Source: a virus. From it: 64,000 bases of DNA. Below are positions 36,929 to 46,746 of this stretch, piece after piece. The notes beneath the pieces are model-generated. The model was not told the DNA's origin. It made no database searches and worked only from the letters and a program-made list of their open reading frames with translations. The stretch lies in the IMG/VR virus record IMGVR_UViG_3300008110_010375. One strand, 5' to 3'. Each line of letters begins with the position of its first letter. Position 1 is the first letter of the stretch. The translations under genes were made by a program, and so were the position numbers.

Positions 36929-37272
36929 ATCAAACGGAGACCTATACTATGAGAACTTCAACCTATCGATGCACCGTTCAAAGTCTCGATGACAAAGTCA
37001 TTGAGATGTATCGCACTCAAGCCAAGATCGGTAACATGTTTGGTCGCGCATACGACGCCTCGCTTCTCGCTTCTGGTTCAAAAACGCCGCGTTATACCAA
37101 GCGTCTGCGTGTTCGCGTTCGCGGCCGTCTCGGCAAGAACAGCCCGTACGCACACCTCTATAAGAAGGGTGGACCGCACTATCAGTGGACTTCACAGGAC
37201 ATTCGTCCCGAGCACGCTTCGCGCTTCGACGTCTACGTCCACGAAGTCTCAGTTCCTTTCACGGGGCGCTGA
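36922..37272 (+). CDS. Hypothetical basic early protein
   Basis: After promoter; alternative start 36949 with GGAG RBS. Confidence 0.6.
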   Translation: MANQTETYTMRTSTYRCTVQSLDDKVIEMYRTQAKIGNMFGRAYDASLLASGSKTPRYTKRLRVRVRGRLGKNSPYAHLYKKGGPHYQWTSQDIRPEHASRFDVYVHEVSVPFTGR

Positions 37273-37273
37273 C

Positions 37274-37453
37274 ATGAACGATCTATTAGTTATAGCCGAG
37301 CGCCTCGAGCGCATCGTCAGCCTCAAGGGAACTTTAGGCTACGACTCCGCCGACGTCGTCGAGCTGGTGCATGAGTACGCGAAGATGCTTCGCGAGCAAG
37401 CAGATGAGATTGAACGTAACTTTGTTATTGATCAGGGAGTACAAGATGGCTGA
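37274..37453 (+). CDS. Hypothetical protein
   Basis: MNDLLVIAERLE...; operon packing. Confidence 0.5.
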   Translation: MNDLLVIAERLERIVSLKGTLGYDSADVVELVHEYAKMLREQADEIERNFVIDQGVQDG

Positions 37454-37688
37454 CGACGTCTACACCGAAGAAGAGATCATGGAGAACTACTTGAAGTACG
37501 GTTCGTCCAGCTACAATAAGAGGCAGCGGATCATGGACTACATGGACGTGCTGCACACCGAGATCCTTCTCCTTCGCAGCCGCATCCAGCCCGAAGACAC
37601 CGGTCACCTGCACACGACGGTCAACGTTCTTTGGAACAGGCTGTCTGAACTTGAGAAGATGTATGACGAAACGCTCGTCGAAGTCTGA
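37446..37688 (+). CDS. Hypothetical protein
   Basis: GGGAG RBS; MADDVYTEEE... Confidence 0.55.
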   Translation: MADDVYTEEEIMENYLKYGSSSYNKRQRIMDYMDVLHTEILLLRSRIQPEDTGHLHTTVNVLWNRLSELEKMYDETLVEV

Positions 37689-37857
37689 CATGATCCGACG
37701 GGTTCGCTACGTCTTTGGTGAGCTTCCGGCCCGATACGAGATGAAGGCCTACGCCAAGAAGTATGGCTTCATCATGGTGTCGGGTCCGACGCTCGTCACC
37801 GAGGGTCAGTGGGAGGGCATGTACAAGTATGAGTTCGACGAACCTAGACAAAGATGA
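37663..37857 (+). CDS. Hypothetical protein
   Basis: Operon packing; start uncertain. Confidence 0.4.
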   Translation: MTKRSSKSDMIRRVRYVFGELPARYEMKAYAKKYGFIMVSGPTLVTEGQWEGMYKYEFDEPRQR

Positions 37858-38047
37858 ACGATTCAAGCGCGCGTTTTGGGACTGGTTCGACTCATTAAAT
37901 AAAGAGGAGAAGAACCGGTTCTGGTACTACACCGCCGACATGTCGAAGATCTACTTTTATAATAAACACTATGCCAAAGTACTCGCGAATAAACTTGAGA
38001 GCGACAAAGTACAAGACGTTCGAGCAGGGATGGAAGTTTCTTCATAA
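37829..38047 (+). CDS. Hypothetical protein
   Basis: FWDWFDSL...FWYY...YFYNK. Confidence 0.45.
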   Translation: MSSTNLDKDERFKRAFWDWFDSLNKEEKNRFWYYTADMSKIYFYNKHYAKVLANKLESDKVQDVRAGMEVSS

Positions 38048-38402
38048 CGTCGACGTCTATCTTCTAAACGAGATCTATAAGAAGTACTGTCGCTACAAGA
38101 AGTTCGAGAGCGTCATGCCGATCTTCTACGGAGAGTACACCGACCTTCACAGCGACGTCATAGGCTACTACGAAGGTGAGCGACTCATCGCGTTCAGCCT
38201 GATAAAGATACACGATTATGAGAACGTTGAGTGCGTTCAGTTCGCTTGGGACTATGAGAACCCTAAGCTTCGCCTAGGCATAGAGAGCTTGAAGCACGAG
38301 TGCGCCCTCTACAGGGACAAGGGATTCAAGTACATGTACCTCGGTGAGGCGGCTGAATACAAGAGCACCATCGACGGCTACGAGGAGCTAGGACCTATAT
38401 AA
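37971..38402 (+). CDS. GNAT-fold protein resembling the arginyl-tRNA-protein transferase C-domain
   Basis: YYEGERLIAFS...FAWDY.NPKLRLG...GFKYMYLG. Confidence 0.6.
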   Translation: MPKYSRINLRATKYKTFEQGWKFLHNVDVYLLNEIYKKYCRYKKFESVMPIFYGEYTDLHSDVIGYYEGERLIAFSLIKIHDYENVECVQFAWDYENPKLRLGIESLKHECALYRDKGFKYMYLGEAAEYKSTIDGYEELGPI

Positions 38403-38734
38403 TGGACATCTATCACGTATGGGCGAACAAGGCCGGCGACATCTCCGACGACAAGTGGGTCGCGAGGATGCGATCGTTCCTAGATCACTTGGTCGAAGAG
38501 GGTAAGATGGTGTCCTATCGCATCACCCGCTGTAAGATGGGCTTCCGCAGCTTAGACATTCCAGAGTGGCACATCATGATGGAGTTCACCGACATGGCGC
38601 AGATGGACAACGCGTTCAAGCGCGTCGCGAAGCGCGAGGGTGATCTCGAGAGGAAGCACGTTTCATTCAATCAGTTCGTAGGAGACGACATCCAGCATGC
38701 CCTTTACAGGGACTGGCCGGACGAGGTCACGTAG
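38402..38734 (+). CDS. DUF6614-like protein
   Basis: YRITRCKMGFR...EWHIMMEF...ALYRDWPD. Confidence 0.55.
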   Translation: MDIYHVWANKAGDISDDKWVARMRSFLDHLVEEGKMVSYRITRCKMGFRSLDIPEWHIMMEFTDMAQMDNAFKRVAKREGDLERKHVSFNQFVGDDIQHALYRDWPDEVT

Positions 38735-38801
38735 CTCAGCAGGATAGAGCATCGGTTTCCTAAACCGAGGGTCGGATGTTCGAGTCATCCCGTGATCGCC
38801 A
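38725..38801 (+). tRNA. tRNA-Arg(CCT)
   Basis: GGTCACG/CGTGATC acceptor, TT-CCT-AA loop, CCA. Confidence 0.92.
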
Positions 38802-38802
38802 A

Positions 38803-38877
38803 GCTGCCTTAGCTCAGTGGTAGAGCACTTCATTGGTAATGAAGAGGTCGACAGTTCAATCCTGTCAGGCAGCACCA
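38803..38877 (+). tRNA. tRNA-Thr(GGT)
   Basis: GCTGCCT/AGGCAGC acceptor, TT-GGT-AA loop, CCA. Confidence 0.92.
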
Positions 38878-38910
38878 TTAAATAGCAGATCGACAACTTG
38901 GGAGGATCCC

Positions 38911-39198
38911 ATGAGATACCTGTTACCCATAGCATTGATCTTATCCACGCCGGCGTTCGCTCAACCCTGCAGCGACGCCAACGAAGTTCATAAGCTTCTT
39001 GAGAAAGACTACAGCGAGAAGCCGTTCATCGAGATGGACGACAACCTTGGTCGTCACCTCGTCATCTACTTAAACGCGTCGACTCTTTCGTGGACCGCGG
39101 TCTCCTTGGATAAGGAGAAGAAAATCACGTGCGCGGTCGCAGCTGGAAGCAACTTCAAGCCTGCAAATCTCAAAGAATTCTTTGGTGACCCAAGCTGA
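38911..39198 (+). CDS. Secreted hypothetical protein
   Basis: GGAGG RBS, signal peptide ending AFA, Cys pair. Confidence 0.6.
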   Translation: MRYLLPIALILSTPAFAQPCSDANEVHKLLEKDYSEKPFIEMDDNLGRHLVIYLNASTLSWTAVSLDKEKKITCAVAAGSNFKPANLKEFFGDPS

Positions 39199-40018
39199 TG
39201 AGAAACACCTCACCCTCGTATGCTACAGGAGTGGCTACGGGGGTGACTTCCTATGCGCACTCATCGATGAAGCCCTAGGTAACTCTAGCTTTCAATCGAG
39301 GGACGGGAACAATCGTTACTGGTTCGACAACTACGTATTCTCGTCCTGCAACAATCAGATTAAAAGCCTTCACCACATATTCTCATACTACTACGGTCAA
39401 GACAGCGTTCAACTCATCGACCAGCTTCTGGGTAAAGCTGAATGGGTCGATGAGATCAAGACGATCTACGATATGTGCTACGATGAGAACGAACAGTTCT
39501 TCATCGACAACATAATCTATCACATCACGAGCGGCCTGAGGCTTCCCTTCAGATACAACGTTGGAAACCTTCACTACATGGGTGAGTTTCCGGCGTTCGA
39601 CGTTGGTAAGATACACAGCCCGATGAGCATCGTCACGCTTAAGACGGAGAATGATCTATACTTTCAGTACTTCCATTCCTTCTCACAGATCAAGACGAAC
39701 TTCAAAGTTCTTAAGCGCGCTCGAGTGATGAAGAAGGAAGTGTTCGACTGCGAACCTATATCGAACTCTAGGATCATCGACGCCGGCAAGCTGTTCTTTG
39801 AGGATTCGCTCGACGATACGATATCGGATACGCTCTCTGAAATCATCGGACGTGAAGTGAAGATAAACATCGATGAGCTGAAAAGATACAGGAAAGACAA
39901 CGTTGAAGTGCTCGCGAAGTACTTCGGCGACGACTTTCAATCGCTAGACGCGGCGTCTTTCAGGGAGAGGAAGCTCGAGCTTTTTAGGAGAGTGGCCTCT
40001 GGCCAAGAGCTTCAATGA
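39182..40018 (+). CDS. GxxG[DS]F paralog family member 1
   Basis: CYRSGYGGDFLCALI; DAGKLFF. Confidence 0.7.
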   Translation: MVTQADEKHLTLVCYRSGYGGDFLCALIDEALGNSSFQSRDGNNRYWFDNYVFSSCNNQIKSLHHIFSYYYGQDSVQLIDQLLGKAEWVDEIKTIYDMCYDENEQFFIDNIIYHITSGLRLPFRYNVGNLHYMGEFPAFDVGKIHSPMSIVTLKTENDLYFQYFHSFSQIKTNFKVLKRARVMKKEVFDCEPISNSRIIDAGKLFFEDSLDDTISDTLSEIIGREVKINIDELKRYRKDNVEVLAKYFGDDFQSLDAASFRERKLELFRRVASGQELQ

Positions 40019-41676
40019 CCAACAGGTTGATCTTCGTCACGTATAAGGGTGGAAACTGCGGCGACTTCTTCTGCTTCCTTTTGAATAAAGCACTGGGCAA
40101 CGTTGATCCTTCTTACCAAGACGACACGAATCGCTGCGTCTTTAAGAACACTGCCTTCATCGATCACGGCATCAAGGGACTCGAGGAAGTATTCAGGCGA
40201 TACAACGGGCACAAATACATCATGGCCATCGATCAGATGGATAGGACCGGCCTCGAATACTTAGACTGGACCAGAAGAATACACGACTTCTGCTACGATG
40301 AAGACCGAGATCAGTTCATTAGAAACGTGCGCGACTACATTGGTGCCAACTTACACGTTTACGATAGAAACACCGTCGCGAGCATACACTACTACGACTA
40401 CTTTGATGGATTCACTTTAGCTGACGTCTATCAGCCGTCGACCACGATTCAGCTGATGACTGAAGACCCGCTATGTCACGCGTACTTCTTCTACCTTGCG
40501 AGGTACAAGCAACGATTCAGACTAATAAGAAACGCACCTGATTGGTATGATTTCATGGACGATCCTCCTATGGTTAATAAGCTTCCCTGCGACGTGACCA
40601 TCGTCGACTCAGGCAAGCTGTTCTTCGGCTCGAGCTACGATGATGAAGCCGAATCGATCTTGACAGATTCGCTTGGAATTGAGGTTAAATTTGATAGAGA
40701 AGTGTTGAACGTCTACCGCCAAAGCAACGAAAAGATTTTAGTCGATGGTTTCGGTAAGAACTACAGGAATATGTCTCTTATCGAATTTAGGACTGCGCGA
40801 AAAAAGATCTTTGAAGAGAACGTGTCTGAGTTCGTCAAGCTTCGCAGCTCCTTGTCGATGAAAGACTATCCGCAAGACTTCAATGAATACACGCAGCTGT
40901 TCTTAAGGGAGATCGATGAATGGATAAGATCACACCGATTCGTCGAGTACTATGGACTCGAGCATTTCCCAAGAAGAGACGTGATCCTTGGGACGACACA
41001 CCAGCTCGACGAGATTCACTGGGCCCACAAGGGACGGATCGCCGTGATGAACGGCGAGTACAAGTATCACCGAAGGCTGACTGACTATAAAGTCAAGCAG
41101 GTCAGTCATCACAGCGAGCTCTTCGAGGGCGACGTATTCGTCGTGTCGATGCCGAGCTGCATAACAACGAACGGTCACAGAGACTTTGAAGACTTGCTCG
41201 ATCATTGCTTGGCAAAGAAGATCCCAATACACATTGATGGGGCGTGGTTCGGTCAGTGCAAGAACTTTGAGCTCGACGTCTCACATCCAGCCATCAAGTC
41301 GGTCAGCGTCAGTTTATCAAAAGCGCTCGGCATGGGCAGCAACAGGATAGGGATACGATACACGCGCGAGAAGGTGAACGGACCGATCTCAATCATGAAC
41401 GACTTCGGCTACGTAAACGTATCAGACATGTGGCTCGGCGTCGAGAGCATGCGTAGGTTCGGAGCCGACTTCTGGTGGAAGAACTACGGCGACCTATATT
41501 CTAAAGTGTGTGAAGACTTCAAGCTTGAGGAGACCGACAGTATACATCTCGGAAGGCGTGGTGGTAAATACTACGGGATTCGAACGCCGCTTAGGTTATT
41601 GATCGACGGAACGTTTGACATCCGCGGCACCGACGCTGGTCTCAATGATATCGAGAAGAATGAAAGAAATGATTGA
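40015..41676 (+). CDS. Paralog family member 2 fused to a PLP-dependent (fold type I) domain
   Basis: TYKGGNCGDFFCFLL and DSGKLFF; then IHIDGAW and SLSK (PLP lysine). Confidence 0.7.
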   Translation: MTNRLIFVTYKGGNCGDFFCFLLNKALGNVDPSYQDDTNRCVFKNTAFIDHGIKGLEEVFRRYNGHKYIMAIDQMDRTGLEYLDWTRRIHDFCYDEDRDQFIRNVRDYIGANLHVYDRNTVASIHYYDYFDGFTLADVYQPSTTIQLMTEDPLCHAYFFYLARYKQRFRLIRNAPDWYDFMDDPPMVNKLPCDVTIVDSGKLFFGSSYDDEAESILTDSLGIEVKFDREVLNVYRQSNEKILVDGFGKNYRNMSLIEFRTARKKIFEENVSEFVKLRSSLSMKDYPQDFNEYTQLFLREIDEWIRSHRFVEYYGLEHFPRRDVILGTTHQLDEIHWAHKGRIAVMNGEYKYHRRLTDYKVKQVSHHSELFEGDVFVVSMPSCITTNGHRDFEDLLDHCLAKKIPIHIDGAWFGQCKNFELDVSHPAIKSVSVSLSKALGMGSNRIGIRYTREKVNGPISIMNDFGYVNVSDMWLGVESMRRFGADFWWKNYGDLYSKVCEDFKLEETDSIHLGRRGGKYYGIRTPLRLLIDGTFDIRGTDAGLNDIEKNERND

Positions 41677-42328
41677 CTTTGGAAGCTTTGACTTCGACCT
41701 TGACTTAAAATCATTCCAAGATGAAGCTGAGCTCGCGCTCAACGGTCCAAGCGCGAAGGTGACTGGATCGAAGGGCCTCAATAAGTTCTACAATGTCGAG
41801 GGCGAAAGCAGGCGAAAGCTTATCGAATACTTCGACAATCACTTCCTCAAGAAGCTGATATGGCACGTCGAGTACTTCAACTCAGGCGAGCCGGCAGGTC
41901 TGCACACCGACGGCGCCGTATACAACGAGGGGTGCAAGACTGTTGTCGGCGTCATCATACCTCTCGCCTATAACACACATAAAGTCCCCTACACGGTGAC
42001 TTACGATCGCGTTCAGACCGAGTACAGGAAGCTTATGTTTAAGAACGGTGACATGCGTTATCTTGACACCGGCGAAATAGTTGAATATCGCGATAAATAT
42101 GAGTATGATCTGCTTAGTTTAAAGCATAATCCAAAAGGTACGCTCTACTACAAACAGTATGCCGACCTCAAAGTGCATGAGGAGTATGAATGGAAACTTG
42201 GCACTATGCTGATATTTGACACCCAGCGGTGGCACAGCTCATCTTGGTTCCTTTCAACACCAGATCTTCCAGATCATCTTGGTGAATACAAGAGATCAAT
42301 CATAGCTTTCGGTGACATAAAAAAATGA
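41669..42328 (+). CDS. 2OG-Fe(II) oxygenase-like protein
   Basis: LHTD...FDTQRWHSS...KRSI (HxD...H). Confidence 0.55.
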   Translation: MIDFGSFDFDLDLKSFQDEAELALNGPSAKVTGSKGLNKFYNVEGESRRKLIEYFDNHFLKKLIWHVEYFNSGEPAGLHTDGAVYNEGCKTVVGVIIPLAYNTHKVPYTVTYDRVQTEYRKLMFKNGDMRYLDTGEIVEYRDKYEYDLLSLKHNPKGTLYYKQYADLKVHEEYEWKLGTMLIFDTQRWHSSSWFLSTPDLPDHLGEYKRSIIAFGDIKK

Positions 42329-43191
42329 ACAAAAGAATTCTTGTCAACTATCAAGGTGGATACTGCGGAAGTTTCTTCTGCGGTTTAATCGCGCGTGCGC
42401 TGGATGTAGACCATATTTTAGAACATGATAATAAGATCAACATATACTACTATAGCAATAAAGACATCAAGACGATGTATGTTAAGACCTTTGGAAAACT
42501 TTTTGACATACGAAAAGGAGTGATCTCAAAAGAAGAGCTTAATGAGATCACTGAAAAAAAGTTAGATGCGTGTTACGTATATGCTAAGAATTTATATAAA
42601 ATTGTCGACGATGAAGATGAACAAGCATTTATTGAAAACATTAAAAGTTACTTTTCTGATTTAATGACTCTACAGAAGAGCGAGTATCTTATTGCGTCTA
42701 TTCATTACGCTTATAGATATAAAGACGTTGACATTCACGACATCTTTCCTGGTTCTACTATTCTTCATATCGTTACAGAAAACAAAAGACACGCAAGGTA
42801 TTTTCACCTTCTATATCACTATAAAACAAAAGACGATGAAACCGATAAAGTGCTTCAAAAAAATACTCTTACGTTGGAACAGATAAAGAAAGATTTTATT
42901 GATGTAATATCGCCCTCACCGTTTGATGACTCTTCTATTCATGTTGACATGGGTAAACTTATCTTTAACAGAGACTATGATCACTTCTCAGAGATTGAAC
43001 GTAAACTTTCTGAATCAATAGGAAAGTCCGTTGTGTTAGACAGAACCAAATTTTATGAATACGCCGATAGAAACATCGATATCATCAAAGGGATTTTAGG
43101 CGACGACTTCATGCAACAAACTGAGAAAGTTCAGATAGAGAAGTCGATCAAATTCATAGAAGGCGAAGTGCGTGTTAAGCGTCAACGATAA
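42325..43191 (+). CDS. Paralog family member 3 (AT-rich)
   Basis: NYQGGYCGSFFCGLI; DMGKLIF. Confidence 0.7.
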   Translation: MNKRILVNYQGGYCGSFFCGLIARALDVDHILEHDNKINIYYYSNKDIKTMYVKTFGKLFDIRKGVISKEELNEITEKKLDACYVYAKNLYKIVDDEDEQAFIENIKSYFSDLMTLQKSEYLIASIHYAYRYKDVDIHDIFPGSTILHIVTENKRHARYFHLLYHYKTKDDETDKVLQKNTLTLEQIKKDFIDVISPSPFDDSSIHVDMGKLIFNRDYDHFSEIERKLSESIGKSVVLDRTKFYEYADRNIDIIKGILGDDFMQQTEKVQIEKSIKFIEGEVRVKRQR

Positions 43192-44032
43192 AACGCTAGT
43201 TGTCGTAGGATATTACGGTGGCTACGGCGGTTCGTTCTTCGCTAATATCTTAAGGAAAAGCATAGATTATAACTCGCCGCAGTTCACGCCTATAAACGAT
43301 AAGAATGAATATGGATTTGATACTCGTGTTCTTGGAATTGAAAGATATACTATAAACACACTGATGAAAGCCTATGATCAAGGCTTCGATGTACTTCTGA
43401 ACATTAAACTTTTTGAAAACACCGGCAATAAAGAAGACGCTGAGTTCGGTAAACTGGTGAAGAGGATGTACATAGATTGCTACGACAATGATCGTTCGGT
43501 GTTTTGTAGAAATCTGACGTTGTATCTTAAAAAAAGACTTAGACTTAAAGACGGATACAACGTAATTAACTCACATTATTCTAGAAAATTTAGTGGTTTT
43601 AGCATATACGATGTATATGATAAAACAATATTTTTTCTCTTAAGCTCCGAACACTCCATGCGATCAAAGCATCATTTACTTTTCGAAATGCTCATGGACT
43701 GTAAGAAAGATCGCTTCAGCTATCCAGAATTAATTAAACAGAGCTTGAACTCGTTAGATGGTAAGATAGAGCCTCCAAAACCATTTGATTCCTGTGTTTT
43801 ATTGGATGTTGGAAAGTTGTTTCTACAAACTAAAAACAATGGAATCGAAGAAATAGAACGTATCTTATCTGAGTCTTTGAATATGAAAATAAACCTTGAC
43901 AAAGAGGCGATTGTCGAATATACTAATTCAAATATAAAGCTTTTGAACAATTTTCTAGGCATAGAAATAGAAGACGCCAGCTTTGACGATGTTAAACAAG
44001 CTATAAAAAACAAGCTAAAATCACTGATATAA
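43172..44032 (+). CDS. Paralog family member 4 (AT-rich)
   Basis: GYYGGYGGSFFANIL; DVGKLFL. Confidence 0.7.
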   Translation: MLSVNDKTLVVVGYYGGYGGSFFANILRKSIDYNSPQFTPINDKNEYGFDTRVLGIERYTINTLMKAYDQGFDVLLNIKLFENTGNKEDAEFGKLVKRMYIDCYDNDRSVFCRNLTLYLKKRLRLKDGYNVINSHYSRKFSGFSIYDVYDKTIFFLLSSEHSMRSKHHLLFEMLMDCKKDRFSYPELIKQSLNSLDGKIEPPKPFDSCVLLDVGKLFLQTKNNGIEEIERILSESLNMKINLDKEAIVEYTNSNIKLLNNFLGIEIEDASFDDVKQAIKNKLKSLI

Positions 44033-44035
44033 ATA
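44028..44035 (+). promoter_or_regulatory. T4-type late promoter
   Basis: TATAAATA upstream of the transglycosylase gene. Confidence 0.65.
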
Positions 44036-44107
44036 ATCTACCTCGTCTTCTCTTGACGGGAGAAATGCACCGCTGATGAAGCCGTGCATCAATGCTAAGG
44101 AGAAAAA

Positions 44108-44545
44108 ATGAAGAAACTAATAGTGGCTCTGGCAACGGGGCTAAGTATTATCGTTTCTGCATCAACCACACAAGCGCAAGACTCCGAAAAGATACAAACG
44201 CTGATTCAGAAATACGCCGCACAATACAACGTTCCAATACACTTTGCAGACTCGATTATCTTTGTAGAATCAAGATACAACCCGACGGTCAGAGGACAAA
44301 AGGGTGAGTATGGCTTAGGGCAGATACTCTGCTCAACCGCCAAAGGTCTTGGTCTAAAGAAAAAATGCGACTCGTTGAAAGACCCTGAAGTAAACTTACA
44401 GTACACGATGATGTACTTAAGATGGGCGCTCGATGAGTCAAACAACGACCTGTGCCACGCCGCCGCGATATACAGCAGCGGAAGCACCTATAAACCTAAG
44501 AAGCCTACACCATACTGTAGGTTGGTCATGGCACGGATGAATTGA
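44108..44545 (+). CDS. Lytic transglycosylase (SLT domain) with signal peptide
   Basis: VESRYNP catalytic Glu, GLGQI, DPEVN...YL. Confidence 0.85.
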   Translation: MKKLIVALATGLSIIVSASTTQAQDSEKIQTLIQKYAAQYNVPIHFADSIIFVESRYNPTVRGQKGEYGLGQILCSTAKGLGLKKKCDSLKDPEVNLQYTMMYLRWALDESNNDLCHAAAIYSSGSTYKPKKPTPYCRLVMARMN

Positions 44546-45099
44546 TGATTGAATTCAAAAGGGCGTTTGAAGCTAGCGGTACGACCAAGAAGAATCACGG
44601 GTACCATGACTTCTACGCTCAGATGCTTAACGGGGTAGACGTCGACTCAGTTCTTGAGATCGGTGTCTACCTCGGACAATCACTTAAAGCTTGGAAGATG
44701 ATCTGGCCAGAAGCCACGATCGAAGCGGTCGACTACGACATGCGATTCGGCGCCGACGTCGCCGAGCAATTCAACATCTACACGTTCGACTCAAGATCCA
44801 AGGAGTCGACAGACAGGTACATCAAGCGTCAGTACGACGTAGTGATCGACGACGGTCTTCACCACTGGGCGGCTCAGCTTCAAACGTTCGACAACTTCAA
44901 GCGATTCGCCAAGAAGTTCTACGTCATCGAGGACATCACCGGCGAGTACTCGCAAAAGATGCTTCTCGACAATATTCCCAAAGACGTGTTGGATCGATCG
45001 ACGCTCTTTGTAGCCTACGGTCCAACGCGAACCTTTAGGCACGGAAGCTACGTTGAACAAAACGCTCAATACAGGGTACTTTTTATAGACTTGCGTTAA
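44545..45099 (+). CDS. Class I SAM methyltransferase
   Basis: VLEIGV..GQS, DVVIDDGLH, YVIEDI. Confidence 0.8.
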   Translation: MIEFKRAFEASGTTKKNHGYHDFYAQMLNGVDVDSVLEIGVYLGQSLKAWKMIWPEATIEAVDYDMRFGADVAEQFNIYTFDSRSKESTDRYIKRQYDVVIDDGLHHWAAQLQTFDNFKRFAKKFYVIEDITGEYSQKMLLDNIPKDVLDRSTLFVAYGPTRTFRHGSYVEQNAQYRVLFIDLR

Positions 45100-45158
45100 A
45101 TAAACCACTCAGCGATGAGGTCTTAATGTTTTACATCTATCCAGAGAAAGAAAGAAAA

Positions 45159-45524
45159 ATGAATCACAGCACTTGGGGTTACCACCTTCTTCTCGACTGC
45201 ACCGCCGGCGACAAAGAGCTCATCTCATCGAAGCAAAACGTGCGCGAGTTCATCACCGAGCTCGTTTGGGCCATCGACATGGTGGCTTTCGGCGACCCAT
45301 GGATCGAGCGCTTCGCGACTCACTCTGCCGACAAAGCCGGCATCAGCTTCTGCCAGATGATCGAGACGTCGAACATCACCGGCCACTTCTGTGAGAACGA
45401 CGGAAACTTCTACATCGACATCTTCAGCTGCAAGCCCTACGCCGCGGAGACCGCGATGGAAGTCGTCGATAAGTACTTCAAGCCTACTAAGATTCGTCAG
45501 CACTACATCTCACGCGACGCCTGA
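45159..45524 (+). CDS. speD: S-adenosylmethionine decarboxylase proenzyme
   Basis: GYHLLLD, IETSNITGH, YIDIFSCK. Confidence 0.85.
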   Translation: MNHSTWGYHLLLDCTAGDKELISSKQNVREFITELVWAIDMVAFGDPWIERFATHSADKAGISFCQMIETSNITGHFCENDGNFYIDIFSCKPYAAETAMEVVDKYFKPTKIRQHYISRDA

Positions 45525-45539
45525 TTAGAAAGATTTGTT

Positions 45540-46112
45540 ATGAGCATTCCAGTGAACTACGGTCCAATGACAGAGATACAGATGCAGCCGGACGAGGTGA
45601 ACTACATCACCGGCTGCATTCAAAGCATGCCCAGCGACGGGCTCATGGTTGAGTGGGGATCGGGAGGATCCTCGGTCAAATGGCTTGAGACTATGACGGG
45701 AGACCAGCAGCTTGTGTCGATCGAACACAACCCGTCGTGGCACATGAAGGTGAGCGAGTACGTCAACACCCGCCCCGAGCTCAACGCGCGTTTCACCTAT
45801 ATGTTCAAACCTGAGCTGTTTGGCTACGAACACGGATACGCACAGATCGCAGAAGAACACCCGTTTGGTCTCGACGACTACATGTGGCCGAGCCACCCGC
45901 GCATCAAGCTGTCGGACGGCGACGTCTACTTGGTCGATGGGATCGCGCGCGGAGCGACGGCTCTTCTTGTCAAGTTGCTTTCGTCGAAGGAGGATCCGGT
46001 CATCTTCATCCACGACTACTACGGTGGACGCGAGAACTGGTACTCATGGGCTACCAAGCACTTCCACCGAGTTGAGAAAGTCGGTCACACCCTCGCGAGA
46101 CTCTACAAATGA
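45540..46112 (+). CDS. Methyltransferase-fold protein
   Basis: VEWGSGGS, SIEH, LVDG, FIHDY. Confidence 0.7.
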   Translation: MSIPVNYGPMTEIQMQPDEVNYITGCIQSMPSDGLMVEWGSGGSSVKWLETMTGDQQLVSIEHNPSWHMKVSEYVNTRPELNARFTYMFKPELFGYEHGYAQIAEEHPFGLDDYMWPSHPRIKLSDGDVYLVDGIARGATALLVKLLSSKEDPVIFIHDYYGGRENWYSWATKHFHRVEKVGHTLARLYK

Positions 46113-46618
46113 AGGTGAACATCGGCCGATACCCTAAGTCGCACAGCAAGAATCGCATGATCAAGGTTCAGATCGATCCGTGGGACACTTGGTCGATGGA
46201 TCACACCCTAGCTCACATCATCCATCCGATGCTCGTTCAGCTCCATGAAACTAAGCATGGTTCTCCCAACGTCGACGACGACGATGTTCCGGACGAGCTT
46301 AAGTCGACGTCGGCGCCTGAACCGAAAGACGAGTTCGCCACCGACGACAACCATCACAAGCGCTGGGACTGGGTCTTAGAGGAGATGATCTGGTCATTCG
46401 CTCAGGTCATCGACAACGACGCAGACGATCAGTTCTACAGCGGTAAGGCCGACATCAAGTTTGAAAAGAAGAAGTTGAACGGCAAAGTGCTTTATGAGAT
46501 GGTGAAGGGACCAAACGACACTTTTGTATTCGACAAAGAAGGCTGGGAGAAGTGGAATGCAAGGAAACAAAACGGGTTCAGGCTCTTCGGCAAATACTAC
46601 CAAGCGCTCTGGGACTAA
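46109..46618 (+). CDS. Conserved phage hypothetical protein
   Basis: DTWSMDHTLA...WDWVLEEMIWSF...GFRLFGKYY.ALWD. Confidence 0.7.
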   Translation: MKVNIGRYPKSHSKNRMIKVQIDPWDTWSMDHTLAHIIHPMLVQLHETKHGSPNVDDDDVPDELKSTSAPEPKDEFATDDNHHKRWDWVLEEMIWSFAQVIDNDADDQFYSGKADIKFEKKKLNGKVLYEMVKGPNDTFVFDKEGWEKWNARKQNGFRLFGKYYQALWD

Positions 46619-46746
46619 CCACAACTACTCCGTCGACGTACTAAAGAAGACGCTCTTTCAAGACGAGCTCGCTTTGGCGATGGCGAGAAGCGAGCGGGAC
46701 GAAGTGGTGTTCTATCTTACGAAGAGAATAAGAGAATTGATTGAGT

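Noticed and set aside
44066-44092. Hammerhead ribozyme (CTGATGA)
   Set aside because: No suitably placed GAAA core or three-stem junction
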